Shown one piece after another: positions 28,869 to 39,800 of a stretch of DNA of 64,000 nt (positions are counted from its first letter, which is position 1; each line of letters starts with the position of its first letter). A model generated the notes under the pieces. It made no database searches, was not told the origin of the DNA, and was given only the letters and a program-made list of their open reading frames with translations. The DNA comes from an uncultured Planctomycetales bacterium (GTDB taxonomy: Bacteria; Omnitrophota; Gorgyraeia; Zapsychrales; Fredricksoniimonadaceae): contig CAZFNI010000009.1 of NCBI GenBank assembly GCA_964520655.1, positions 5,909 through 69,908 on the forward strand. The letters are read 5' to 3'. A program made the translations under genes and the position numbers.

Positions 28869-29615
28869 TTAGGGTGCACTTTTAATATGGAATCCCGGCA
28901 AATGAGCCCTAGTATTGATGGAAATGCGTTTGACTGGCCCAGAATATGTGTATAATTCGGCAATATCCGCAGCCGACAAAGCTCTGTCATACACCCTGAC
29001 CTCATCAATGGTCCCCGTAAAATACTGATCGCCGCCATTGACCCCGTTGGATCCAATCGTACGCAGCTGATATGTATCCGCCTGTGCGACATCGAGATAT
29101 AACCGATTAGCGGTGCCGTTATCCACATAAAGGTCTGCCTTATTTGACGCATTTCTAGTTAAGGTGATCATGTGCCAAGTGTTAACTGCTGGCACTGCTA
29201 TGGTTGTATCGCTGTCGGATAGAAGGCGAATAAAGAAACTCCCGCCTGACATTCCAATCTTCCTCCCGCCGCCAGATGAACCCGTAGTATCACCCATAAT
29301 GATCCCTGTCTGGGCATTATTGGCTGTTTTATACCAAAAAGACATTGTGAAGGCGCCTGTTAATGGGATCTCAGTGAACGCGATATATTCTGTGCCGCTA
29401 AAACTGCGGCAATTGTTGAGATGACAACCAGCACTTAATATTGTTGTCCCGTTGGCGGTGCCGGTATTATTATTGCTGCTGGAGTCAATGGCATTGCCGG
29501 AGGATTCATCGAATTTCCACCAGCCGACAAGGTTTGTCGTGATGTTCGCATGGAGGATAGATGCGCCCAACAATAACGATACCGTCAGTAATATGCCGCA
29601 TTTGACCAAGTTCAT
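28869..29615 (-). CDS. secreted LamG-like (concanavalin-A-like lectin) protein
   Basis: Signal peptide followed by LVGWWKFDESSGNAIDSS…, the usual opening of a LamG_3 domain. Confidence 0.55.
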   Translation of the reverse strand: MNLVKCGILLTVSLLLGASILHANITTNLVGWWKFDESSGNAIDSSSNNNTGTANGTTILSAGCHLNNCRSFSGTEYIAFTEIPLTGAFTMSFWYKTANNAQTGIIMGDTTGSSGGGRKIGMSGGSFFIRLLSDSDTTIAVPAVNTWHMITLTRNASNKADLYVDNGTANRLYLDVAQADTYQLRTIGSNGVNGGDQYFTGTIDEVRVYDRALSAADIAELYTYSGPVKRISINTRAHLPGFHIKSAP

Positions 29616-29667
29616 TCTAAACGCTCGCTTTGATTAAATAGTGACAGGCACTATTGATGACTATTGA

Positions 29668-30948
29668 TCAATGAGGAAGAAATAGCTTTTGGAAAAAACC
29701 CATCGCGGGCGAGATCACCAGCATGCTTGATAGGATCACGACAATGCCGGTGGTCGTCCAGGCGACCGCGTTCTGGAACCGATTATTGACCTTATCCCCC
29801 ATGATCTGCGGGTTATTGACCATCAGGATCATGGAGATCAGCACGACCGGAAGTAATAAGGCATTGATGATCTGCGTCCAGATGGAGATACTGATCAAAG
29901 GCGCGTTGGGGATCAAGATCAAGATCACGGAGATGACAAGGATAAACCCGAACAGCGTATAGAATTGCGGGGCCTGGTCAGGGCGCTTGTCAATGCCGGC
30001 TTCAAACCCGAAAGCCTCACAAATATAGAAAGCGGTCGCCAGCGGTAAAATTGTCGCGGAAAAAACAGAAGCGACAAAAAGACCAAAAGCGAATAGTTCC
30101 GCCGCCAATACCCCCGCCAAAGGTTTTAAGGCCATGGCCGCGTCCTTGGCCTCCTCGATCATAATGCCGTTCTGATGCAGCGTCGCGGCGCAGGAGATCA
30201 TGATGAACAGCGCGACCGTGATCGTCGCCACACAACCAACCACCACGTCCCAGAACGCGAACTTATAGTCTTCTTCCCTCAAGCCTTTTTCAATGACCGC
30301 GCTTTGCATGTAAAACTGCATCCAGGGAGCGATCGTCGTACCAATGATCCCTAAGACCATGCTCAGATAATCTTTCGTCATCGGGATGTCCGGATGGATG
30401 ACCGCGTGGCCAATGTCCTGCCAATTCGGTTTGGCCATGAGCGCTGAAACGATATAAGACAATAGACAGACACTAAACAATAAGAATATCCGCTCCGCCA
30501 GCTTATAATTGCCTTTGGTCACCAGGATCCACACCCCCATCGCGGTCAGGGGAACGGAAATATATTTGCTGATACCAAAAACATTCATGGAACCGGCGAT
30601 ACCGGCGAATTCGGTCGCGGTGTTACCGATGTCTGCGATCAACAACCCCAAAAAGATCCAAAATGTCACCTTGACGCCAAAATTCTCGCGGATCAGATCC
30701 GCCAGGCCTTTACCGGTAAAGACCCCCATGCGCAAATTGATCTCCTGGACGACAAGCAACGCGATAAACGCGGGGATCAGTGTCCAGATCAAATTATAGC
30801 CGTACATCGCGCCAGCGACGGAATAGGTGGTGATCCCGCCCGCGTCATTATCCACGCTGCCGGTGATGATGCCAGGACCTAAGATCGCCAGGAATAAAAA
30901 GAAGTTCTTAAGCGCAGGGTTCTCTTTGATCTTATCGATAAATCGCAT
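29668..30948 (-). CDS. mntH: Nramp-family divalent metal (Mn2+/Fe2+) transporter
   Basis: GPGIITGSVDNDAGGITTYS motif, 426 aa, polytopic. Confidence 0.85.
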   Translation of the reverse strand: MRFIDKIKENPALKNFFLFLAILGPGIITGSVDNDAGGITTYSVAGAMYGYNLIWTLIPAFIALLVVQEINLRMGVFTGKGLADLIRENFGVKVTFWIFLGLLIADIGNTATEFAGIAGSMNVFGISKYISVPLTAMGVWILVTKGNYKLAERIFLLFSVCLLSYIVSALMAKPNWQDIGHAVIHPDIPMTKDYLSMVLGIIGTTIAPWMQFYMQSAVIEKGLREEDYKFAFWDVVVGCVATITVALFIMISCAATLHQNGIMIEEAKDAAMALKPLAGVLAAELFAFGLFVASVFSATILPLATAFYICEAFGFEAGIDKRPDQAPQFYTLFGFILVISVILILIPNAPLISISIWTQIINALLLPVVLISMILMVNNPQIMGDKVNNRFQNAVAWTTTGIVVILSSMLVISPAMGFFQKLFLPH

Positions 30949-31094
30949 GGGGTTATCTTATCAGATTATCTTTAATCCGCAACCGTTACCAGGCCCAAAA
31001 TGACCATTGACGCTGCTGTGCTATTTTGATATCGTGAATACTTCGATCACCCTCTGCCCCCAGAGGCAACCATCAATTCCCCCGCTTAAAACCT

Positions 31095-32591
31095 ATGATC
31101 TCGAAAATCTTGTCGTTTGCCCTGTTGGGGCTGGATGCCGTACCCATCACCATTGAAGCGGACATCTGCGACGGGCTACCCTCTTTTACCATTGTCGGCC
31201 TGCCTGACAATGCCGTCAAAGAAAGCCGCGAACGCGTGCGTTCCGCGATCCACAACAGCGGACATCTATTCCCGCAGGGACGCATCACGATCAACCTCTC
31301 CCCTGCGGACATTAAAAAAGAAGGCCCGTGTTTCGACCTGCCGATCGCGTTAAGCATCTTGTGTGCCGGCGGGCTCATCAACCCGGAGGCCTTGAAACAT
31401 TACGCATTTATCGGCGAACTTTCATTAGACGGCGGCGTGCTTGGCATACGCGGTGCTTTGTCCTTTGCCCTGGGTGCAGACCCTTCGAAACTTCGCGGCA
31501 TTTTTCTGCCTAAAAGCAATGCCGCTGAAGCTGCAATGGCGGAACACCTGCCGGTTTTTGCTGTCACCAATTTAAACGATGTCCTTCAGGCCTTTAACGA
31601 CCCCGCTCTTTTGATCCCATTTAAATCCCCGACTTTAACGGGCGTTCATTATAAAACGTCATCCTCAATGGACTTTGCCGACGTGAAAGGCCAGTCCCAC
31701 GTCAAACGTGGTCTTGAGATCGCCGCCGCAGGCGGCCATAATGTGCTGTTGATAGGTCCCCCGGGCAGCGGCAAGACCATGCTGGCCAAACGCATGACGA
31801 CCATCCTGCCACCGCTCTCAAAAGATGAAGCGCTGAAAGTGACCCAGATCTATTCCGCTGCGGGGCTGCTGAAAAACAATACGATCGCAAGCGCAAGACC
31901 CTTCCGCAGCCCTCACCATACAGCCTCAGACATCGCGTTGATCGGCGGGGGCATGCACCCCCGGCCGGGCGAAGTAAGCCTTGCCCATCACGGCATTCTT
32001 TTTTTAGATGAGATGCCGGAATTCAACCGGAATACATTAGAGGTCTTGCGCCAACCCTTGGAAGATCATCATGTCACGATCTCCCGGGCAGCACGCAGCA
32101 TTCAATTCCCGGCTAAATTCATTCTCGTGGCCGCAATGAACCCCTGTCCGTGCGGATGGCGTTTGGGCGGACGCAAGCCCTGCCGCTGCTCTGCCCTTGA
32201 GGTCAACCGCTACATGGGTAAAATATCCGGCCCTCTGCTAGACCGCATTGACCTGCACATTGAGGTCAACGCCGTTAACAGTTTTGATCTTTTGAGTATC
32301 AAACGCGGCGAATCTTCGCTTGCGATCAAACAACGCACCACGGCTGTCCATGATCAACAGCGGCAAAGAGACGCAGCCAATACGTCTGGCATTCACCCGG
32401 ATCTTGCACTTGCAAGCGATGCCCAGACCCTTCTGTCTGCGGCAAGCGAAAAGCTTTGTCTTTCCGGCCGGGCCCATGACAAGATCATCCGCGTCGCCCG
32501 CACCATCGCCGATCTGGCCGGGCAGCCCGCGATCGGCCCCGCGCACATCGCTGAAGCCGTCAGCTACCGGGCTCTGGACAAAACCCTGTAA
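31095..32591 (+). CDS. comM: YifB/ComM-family Mg-chelatase-like AAA+ ATPase
   Basis: 498 aa with GPPGSGKTMLA Walker A and a ChlI-like C-terminus. Confidence 0.9.
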   Translation: MISKILSFALLGLDAVPITIEADICDGLPSFTIVGLPDNAVKESRERVRSAIHNSGHLFPQGRITINLSPADIKKEGPCFDLPIALSILCAGGLINPEALKHYAFIGELSLDGGVLGIRGALSFALGADPSKLRGIFLPKSNAAEAAMAEHLPVFAVTNLNDVLQAFNDPALLIPFKSPTLTGVHYKTSSSMDFADVKGQSHVKRGLEIAAAGGHNVLLIGPPGSGKTMLAKRMTTILPPLSKDEALKVTQIYSAAGLLKNNTIASARPFRSPHHTASDIALIGGGMHPRPGEVSLAHHGILFLDEMPEFNRNTLEVLRQPLEDHHVTISRAARSIQFPAKFILVAAMNPCPCGWRLGGRKPCRCSALEVNRYMGKISGPLLDRIDLHIEVNAVNSFDLLSIKRGESSLAIKQRTTAVHDQQRQRDAANTSGIHPDLALASDAQTLLSAASEKLCLSGRAHDKIIRVARTIADLAGQPAIGPAHIAEAVSYRALDKTL

Positions 32592-32662
32592 TGATCCATC
32601 ACCAGCCTTGAAATGTGCATAACGGCCCCTATAATGGTATTATTTACGTTAAAGGACCGTGT

Positions 32663-33037
32663 ATGAAGATCTTGCTGATCGATGATGATCCAGACATGTG
32701 CGCGCTGACCGCGAAGGTCTTAAAGACCTCCGGGCACGACGTTGCGGCTTTCGTGCAAAGCGCCCCCGGCATTGCCTATGCCAAAGCCAATGCGTTAAAC
32801 CTGATCTTGATGGACATCATGCTGCCGGGATTAAGCGGACCGGAGATCGTCCAGTCCTTTCAACAAGATGCTGTCCTTAAGACCGTGCCTGTTGTCTTTC
32901 TGACCGGACTTGTCACTGGCAGCGAAAAGAATTTACAAAATGAAGGGATCTCTGTCGGGGCGATCAAATACCCAACGCTTGGCAAACCATACGAGATCGA
33001 CCAGCTTCTCTTGACAGTGAAGAAATACGCGAAATAA
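32663..33037 (+). CDS. stand-alone response-regulator receiver protein
   Basis: MKILLIDDDPDM…ILMDIMLPG. I put the start at the internal ATG with an AAAGGA RBS, not at the track start 32615. Confidence 0.75.
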   Translation: MKILLIDDDPDMCALTAKVLKTSGHDVAAFVQSAPGIAYAKANALNLILMDIMLPGLSGPEIVQSFQQDAVLKTVPVVFLTGLVTGSEKNLQNEGISVGAIKYPTLGKPYEIDQLLLTVKKYAK

Positions 33038-33047
33038 CGGAGACACC

Positions 33048-34166
33048 ATGGCCAAAGAAAAACAGGTCCTATTTTTTGACGACGACAATAATGCCTTAAA
33101 TGAGATCACTCATCTGTTCCGGGACGAACCCTACGCGGTCGCGACCGCTAACAGCGTTGACCGCGCCATGGATATCCTGCGCAATGAAAAGATCAAGGTC
33201 ATTGTCTGCAGCCAGCGCATGCGGGAGATCGAAGGCGTCAAGTTCCTGCAGGACGTAAAGGCCTATTTCCCCGATGTTGTCCGCATCCTCATGGCCGCCT
33301 ATACCGATTTTGCCTCCGCGGAATACGCGATCAATAAAGGGGAAGTGTACCGCTTTATCAGTAAACCATGGAAAGACACAGAATTAGTCTCCATCATTCG
33401 CCGCGCCATCGAACATTTTGACCTGATCCTGCGCGCGGAACAGACCAATTTGAAACTCAAGGCCATGTACGAGGTCCAGCGCGAATTCACCTCCACCGTC
33501 TCGCACGAGCTGCGCACGCCGCTAGCCTCGATCAAGACCGCGATCGACTTAGTCGTCATGAAAACTTTGGGGGACATCAATAAGGAACAGGCCGAAGTCC
33601 TGCGCCGCGCCAAAAAGAATGTCGACCGCTTAAAGCGCCTGATCGACGACATCCTGGACTTGACCAAGATGGAATCAGGTAAATTGCAAATGAACTTCAT
33701 GCTCAATGATATCAACCGCTCGATCAAAGAAGTCGTCGAAGCGCAAAAAGACGTCGCCCAAAGCCGCGGGCTGTACTTAAGGACGCAGCTGGACAACCAC
33801 ATCAGCCCGACCGCCTTTGACAGCGACCGTATCATCCAGGTGGTCAACAACTTGGTCAGCAATGCGATCAAGTTCACCAAACGCGGCGGCATTGTCATCA
33901 AGACATCCAAACATGAAGAAGAGAACTGCATCTTAGTCAGTGTGATCGACACTGGTAAAGGCATTGCTGAAGAAGACCTGCCGAAGCTTTTCCAAAAATT
34001 CCATCAGATCGAGTCCGCGGAAGCCAATGAAGAAGGCGGCACTGGCCTGGGACTCGCCATCTGCAAAGAGATCATTACCCGCCACGGCGGATCAACTTGG
34101 GCGGAATCCGTCCTGGATAAGGGGACCACATTCCATTTCACCCTCCCTCTCCAAACACAGAAATAG
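33048..34166 (+). CDS. hybrid receiver + histidine kinase (REC-HisKA-HATPase)
   Basis: N-terminal REC (VLFFDDDNN), H-box STVSHELRTPL, and a G-box GGTGLGLAICKEI. Confidence 0.8.
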   Translation: MAKEKQVLFFDDDNNALNEITHLFRDEPYAVATANSVDRAMDILRNEKIKVIVCSQRMREIEGVKFLQDVKAYFPDVVRILMAAYTDFASAEYAINKGEVYRFISKPWKDTELVSIIRRAIEHFDLILRAEQTNLKLKAMYEVQREFTSTVSHELRTPLASIKTAIDLVVMKTLGDINKEQAEVLRRAKKNVDRLKRLIDDILDLTKMESGKLQMNFMLNDINRSIKEVVEAQKDVAQSRGLYLRTQLDNHISPTAFDSDRIIQVVNNLVSNAIKFTKRGGIVIKTSKHEEENCILVSVIDTGKGIAEEDLPKLFQKFHQIESAEANEEGGTGLGLAICKEIITRHGGSTWAESVLDKGTTFHFTLPLQTQK

Positions 34167-34172
34167 TCCTAT

Positions 34173-34961
34173 ATGAGCGAGAATTCACAAAAAACAATTT
34201 TAGTCATTGATGATGAGATCGACCTGCAGCAATTAGTCAAGATCGCGCTCAAATCCAAAGGGTATAAGATCGAGACCGCTAATAACGGCCTGGAAGGCTT
34301 GGCGAAATTAAAGACCCTTAGCCCTGACCTGATCATTCTGGACCTGAACATGCCAAAAATGGGCGGACTGGAATTCTACCAGAAGATCTGTGACAAGAAC
34401 AATCAGCCCAAATACCCTGTCTTTATCCTTTCCGCCCGCGCGAACATGACCCAGCTGTTCAAGGATTTCAACATCGACGGGTTCATGACCAAACCCTTTG
34501 AGATCGACGAGTTATTGGAAGAGATCGACACGATCATCCGCAAAAAAGCGAACCCCATCAAAAAGATCCATGTCAGAGGCGAAGACCGCGCCCCCAGGGT
34601 CTTTATCGTTGAGAACGACCAGGAGGCGCTAAAAAAGATCGGCCTTATTTTCCTTAACAGCGGCTATATCGTCAGCTCCGCGCCCGACGGCACCGATGCG
34701 ATCGAAAAGATCTACGACACCTTGCCGGACATTATTCTTGTTAAACTATCATTAACCGACATTTCCGGGGACCTGGTCATTTTACAGCTTAAACGCATGA
34801 TCAAGACCCAGCATATCAAATGCATCCTCTTTGTCAGTTATGTCGCCGAGATCACGGTCGTCGTTGACAAGATCAGCCGCAAAGAAGGGATAGACCGCTT
34901 CGTCCAATATTCCAATGTCCAGCAGCTGATCAATGCCGCTAATGAACTCCTGGGGATCTAG
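34173..34961 (+). CDS. tandem-receiver response regulator with no output domain
   Basis: Two CheY-like REC domains, VIDDEIDL…ILDLNMP and VFIVENDQ…. Confidence 0.7.
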   Translation: MSENSQKTILVIDDEIDLQQLVKIALKSKGYKIETANNGLEGLAKLKTLSPDLIILDLNMPKMGGLEFYQKICDKNNQPKYPVFILSARANMTQLFKDFNIDGFMTKPFEIDELLEEIDTIIRKKANPIKKIHVRGEDRAPRVFIVENDQEALKKIGLIFLNSGYIVSSAPDGTDAIEKIYDTLPDIILVKLSLTDISGDLVILQLKRMIKTQHIKCILFVSYVAEITVVVDKISRKEGIDRFVQYSNVQQLINAANELLGI

Positions 34962-34962
34962 G

Positions 34963-35412
34963 ATGAGACCGGCCTGTCTGCAACAATTCATTCTGCTGGC
35001 TGTCCTTACCCTGTCTTCGCCTGTTCTTGCTTCCAAGACTTCCGCTCAGCCACCTTTGCCGGAACAGGTGCTTGTGCGCGTGCAGCAATACAAATTAATG
35101 CTTAAAGACGTCGAGCCGCGGCCCGCGAAGGCCATCATCGCGGAATTAGTGAACAGCGACCATCCGATGCTCAATTTGCAGATCAAGGAAGCTATGGCTA
35201 AAACGTTTACCGACATTGTCCGGGAACAGAACGTCGAGGGTGAGGGAAAAAGAAAGTGGCTCTACAGCATGGTGGCGCTTAACATGGCCAATCTGCAGTT
35301 CGGCGGCTCATCTGGAAACAATCCGTTGAACACGATGATCCTTCGCAAGCTTAAAAAAAACCTGCCGCCGGAAGTCCTGACGCAAAAAGGTTTTCATATC
35401 TCGCTGGACTAA
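34963..35412 (+). CDS. small secreted hypothetical protein
   Basis: Signal peptide MRPACLQQFILLAVLTLSSPVLA. Start chosen at the internal ATG. Confidence 0.4.
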   Translation: MRPACLQQFILLAVLTLSSPVLASKTSAQPPLPEQVLVRVQQYKLMLKDVEPRPAKAIIAELVNSDHPMLNLQIKEAMAKTFTDIVREQNVEGEGKRKWLYSMVALNMANLQFGGSSGNNPLNTMILRKLKKNLPPEVLTQKGFHISLD

Positions 35413-35414
35413 AT

Positions 35415-36827
35415 TCACTGCACTTGCATCTTAGACAAGATCTCTGCGCGTGTTCGGCGGGCCTCGATTAGATCGGGATAGATCGAAAGCGCCTTATCGC
35501 AATCGGCGAGAGCCAGCGCGTATTCTCCCTTTTTGTCGTAAGCCACGCCCCTGTACCAATAGGCAAACGCCGTGCGCAGATCATGAGGATTGACCTTGAT
35601 GGCATGTGTCCACAAGGCAATATCATCCTTCCATACTTGTGTATACTGGGCTGTCTGTCCCGATAAGGACAATACATACGCAGATACCAGGATAACCCCC
35701 AGCACCGCCATATGGCGGGAAGAACGCTCGATAGCCTTAAGCACCACAACTGCCAGCGCAAGCGCCGCGCCTATGCCGGCTAAATAGGTGTAGTGCTCCC
35801 CCACGAACCAGTTGTGCCAGATCAATTTCAGCGGCATAAGCATGTTGATCAAAAAGAAAAAGGCCCCGAACAACACCAGCCTGTCTTTTCTAAAGAACCA
35901 AAACACCAAATATCCTGCGGCGATCGTGACCGCCCAGGACCAATAGACCATCACTGGGAAATGACCGTCGATCTTGTGAGGGAACGGATACATGCAGGAA
36001 AGATCGATCGGGAAAAACGTTTTGCTGATGTAAATAAGCAATGCGTGGAACGCCAACAACACTTTCTCTAACGGACCGGCGATCCTGGGATCGGTCGCGG
36101 AGAGTAAATGTGTATGCGGCATCATCCAGAAAAGATAATACGCCGCAGCTAAAAGAACATAGGGCCATTTCTCGACACATAACTTCATCCAGGTCCCCCG
36201 TTTTAAAAGAACATCGACGGCCAGCAGAACTGCCGGCAAGGTGATGGCCTGAGGTTTGGAGAATAACGCGCCCGCGAACAACAAACAGGACGCCATCATA
36301 TACCCTCGCCCGTTATTTTTCTGAAAGGCCCTCACATAACAAACTAGCGCGCCCAGATAGAAGAAAGCATAGAGCACGTCTTTGCGTTCCGCGACCCAGG
36401 CCACCGACTCAACCCTTAAAGGATGAATGGAAAACAGCATCGCGGTCAAGAAGGCCAACGCTGTCCTGGCGCTTAGCAGATAGATCAAAACGAATACCAA
36501 AAGCGCATTGGCCGTATGCAGCAGAAGATTGTCAACATGGTAGATCCACGGTGAAGATCCAAAAAAATGATATTCAATGGCATAGGAGATAAACGGCAGC
36601 GGAAAAATACCTCCGCCGTATAACTCATCAGCAATGATCTCTTGAAGATGGGCAGGACTTAAACCCTGGATGGTCGGGTTATGGGTGATGTAGATCGCAT
36701 CATCATATCCCAGCAGCGTGTGATCAAGGCATGAAGAAAAAATAAGCAGCGTCCAAAGACACAGCACGCCCGCCCATAGAAGAGCTGTTTTGGTGTGTTG
36801 GGGCATCAGCGATACATTCTCCTTCAC
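35415..36827 (-). CDS. TMTC/PMT-like GT-C membrane glycosyltransferase with C-terminal TPR (DUF1736-type)
   Basis: N-terminal LGYDDAIYITHNP motif, about 10 TM helices, and a C-terminal TPR segment (AFAYWYRGVAYDKKGEYALALADCDKAL). Confidence 0.55.
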   Translation of the reverse strand: MKENVSLMPQHTKTALLWAGVLCLWTLLIFSSCLDHTLLGYDDAIYITHNPTIQGLSPAHLQEIIADELYGGGIFPLPFISYAIEYHFFGSSPWIYHVDNLLLHTANALLVFVLIYLLSARTALAFLTAMLFSIHPLRVESVAWVAERKDVLYAFFYLGALVCYVRAFQKNNGRGYMMASCLLFAGALFSKPQAITLPAVLLAVDVLLKRGTWMKLCVEKWPYVLLAAAYYLFWMMPHTHLLSATDPRIAGPLEKVLLAFHALLIYISKTFFPIDLSCMYPFPHKIDGHFPVMVYWSWAVTIAAGYLVFWFFRKDRLVLFGAFFFLINMLMPLKLIWHNWFVGEHYTYLAGIGAALALAVVVLKAIERSSRHMAVLGVILVSAYVLSLSGQTAQYTQVWKDDIALWTHAIKVNPHDLRTAFAYWYRGVAYDKKGEYALALADCDKALSIYPDLIEARRTRAEILSKMQVQ

Positions 36828-36881
36828 AGGACAAACATATCATATCCCGATGCCTTCTGACCAGAGAGGATTACAAAATAA

Positions 36882-39800
36882 CTACTGCGCGCTGGGCAAG
36901 GCCTTGATCTGGTCCTGACATTTTGTCAATTCGGCCCGCAGCTCATTGATCTGATCGAACAGCGACTCATTCTTGTCTTTAAGATCGCCGTTCTCTTTCA
37001 TCACATCCATCAGACTGCTGTTAAGCGTCTTGATCTCTTTATTCATCGCGATCACGGACGGATCATTCTGGACAAGCCCCTCGCGTTTTTGCCTTAGCTT
37101 CTCTTTGAGGGTCGCGATCTGTTCTCTGGCATCGTCGAGCGCCTTGCGCAAGCCCTGAGGGTCAACGGACTTCGGGATCGCAGCTGCATTGATCCTGTCA
37201 TTGGCCGCATTGAGTTTCGCCGTCAGATCAGCGATCTGCTGGCGATCACGGGCGATGACTAAATCCACTCCCGATAAAGATGCCGGCAATAAATTGATCT
37301 TCTTTTCTTTGAGCTGCGCCTTTAAACGGGCGATCTCTTTGTTCTTCCAGCCGATCTCCTCATTCAATCTGGCGATGGTCTTTTGCTCTTTGTCCATATC
37401 TGCTTTGATCGCATCGATCGCTTTCTGCTGCGCCGTGAAATCAATGGCATTGTCCTCAAGACTTTTCTGCAATGACACGATCTGCTGTTCTTTGTTCTTG
37501 AGCAGATTATTGATCTGCAGCATTTCCTCACGGGAACTCTTGAGCATTTCTTTTAAACGTTCGGCATCCGCCCGGCGGTTCGCTTCCACCAGCTCTTCCT
37601 GGGTCTCTTTCAACTGCTTGCGCACTGCGGCCAGCTGCGCGTCAGAGATCTTGATCTGGTCTTTAAGCTGGTCCGCCAGCGTCTGCAGCACCTTGGTCTT
37701 GGCCTGCATGGTCGACTGGGCCATGCTCAAAGACAGGTCCTTGATCTGTACGTCTTTAAGAGCCTGGGACCGCTCGGTCTTGGTCCGCAGTAATTCATCC
37801 TGGGCTTTGATAAGAACATTCTCTTTACCCGTCATATCCTCATTGATCTTGCGCAAATTCACTTCGAGGGCATCTGCCCGCTGACGTGCCTGTGCGAGTT
37901 CTTTGCTTTGGTTTTCGTTGACGTCGGATGTTTCCTTCAGGCGGTCCTTGAAACGGTCCGTTATCTGGTAGGCCTCTTCTTTTTCCTTCTTGGCCGCTTT
38001 AAGCTCCTCGCTTAATTTCGTATTGTTCATGTTCATCGTATCGACGGCGAATTTTAATTCTGCCATCCGTTTCTCATATTCCTGCTGCTGCGCGGCCCAG
38101 TCATTCTTGGCCCCGTTCAATTTCTGTTTATACTCCTCCAGATTACCCAGCACTTTATTCTGATGCTCGACGATCAGCTTGTTCTTGACCATCAGCATCT
38201 CAATGCGCTGGCGTTGTTTAGCCTGCAGCATTTCCTGCAGCGCGCGGCGCTCATCCGTCTGATTCTTCTGCAAATTAACCGCTTCCTGGTTCTTAACGAT
38301 CTCTATACTGAGGGCCCTGGAAAGCTTATGGGACTGTTCTAACTGGTCTTTCAGGTCTTTTGATTCCTGCTTGGCCGCGGCGATCTGGTCATCCAGCGCT
38401 TTGGTATCGGCTTTAACGACCACAGGCTGTATCGTTATCCCTTTTTGCGGCTGCTGCTGCACAGAATCATTGGTATGGGCCATCTTTAAAAATGCTACCT
38501 GATCACGCATCTCTTTGGCTTCTTTTTGGGCGGCCGCTAATTGTTTCACCAGCGCATCGCGGTATTTCTCCTGATCACCGCTGCCCATCTGCCGCGCTTT
38601 AAGCTCGGTCAACTGATCGCGAAAGATCTGAGCCTGCGCCTTTAACGCGTCTAACTGAGCCATTTCCTTTGCTGTCAAACCACCCTGGGACTTAGGCGTA
38701 TCAGAAGAAGGATCACTGTTCTCTTTAACGATACCCGCGATCTCTTCGGGAGATTTGACCACGATCTGATAATGGCGTTTAAGCTCGTCTATCTCGGGAT
38801 CATTTTTCTTTCCTGTTGTGCGGACAGGATTCATGACCACGATCTCATACTGTTTCTTTAACCGGTCATATTCCTCACGCTGCAGCGGCGTCAATGAAGC
38901 CTTCACCGCCATCTCCGCGGCATTGGTATTGTTCCCCTGGATCTCGGCAGGTGTTTGCACCACTGAAGCGCCAGCCTGCTTTAAGCTTAACTTCAATGCC
39001 GCGATCTGGGCATCCTTTAAAGCGACATCATTATTTAGACTGCTGATCTTTTCTTTTAACGCCAAACCTCTATCCTTTAAATGGGCAAAGATCTCATCAT
39101 CTTTTCTGATCTTCGCACGCAGCTCCGCGATAACCTTATCGCCGCCCTGGGCAGGCATTTGCTCATCACGCAGCGCATTGAGCGCGGCCCGTAATTGCTT
39201 TGCTTGTTCTTTTAACGCGGCTAATTCATCGTCTTTACTGCCTTTGACCTCAACAACAGCAGGCACAGAGACAACTTCTTTCATCACAGGAGCAGCCCCC
39301 GGTTTCTCCAATTTTGCGATGGTGGCTTCCAATTCTGCCAGACGACGGCTCTTGATAGACAACTCTTCTTGATTGGCCACCAAATCTTTGGCCATGCGCT
39401 GCAAGGCCTGCTTGGCTCTCCACTCCTCATCCTGTGCTTTGGCTAGATCATTCTGCAGCGTGCCGACATCCGCGCGCTGATGCTTATTTTTTAATATTTG
39501 CGCCAGCTTTTCATTGAGCGCTTTGATCTCCTGCTCTTTTTGCGCGATCAGGGCGGACTGATCCTTGGGATCTTTCTTGACGGACTTGTGCAGGTCTGCC
39601 AGCTGTGCGCGCAATTGTTTAGCTTCTTCTTTAAGGGTAATGACCTCTTCCTTATCTTCAGAAACAATCACTTTGCGTTCTGTCTTTTTCGAAACGGCTG
39701 TTTCTTTGTTGACAATATCCAAGGCCCGCTGATCGTTGCGCTGCATCCCGGCGATACGTTCTTCCAATTCTGCTAAACGGCGGTCTTTGGCCGTGATCTC

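Noticed and set aside
30949-31094. CCTCTG-ccccc-CAGAGG hairpin upstream of comM/mntH, considered as an Mn riboswitch
   Set aside because: It is too short. It has none of the yybP-ykoY features I know, and mntH is an importer rather than the usual riboswitch-controlled exporter.
33299-33964. 221-aa minus-strand ORF
   Set aside because: It is antisense to the REC-HK hybrid gene, whose H-box, N-box and G-box are in frame on the plus strand.
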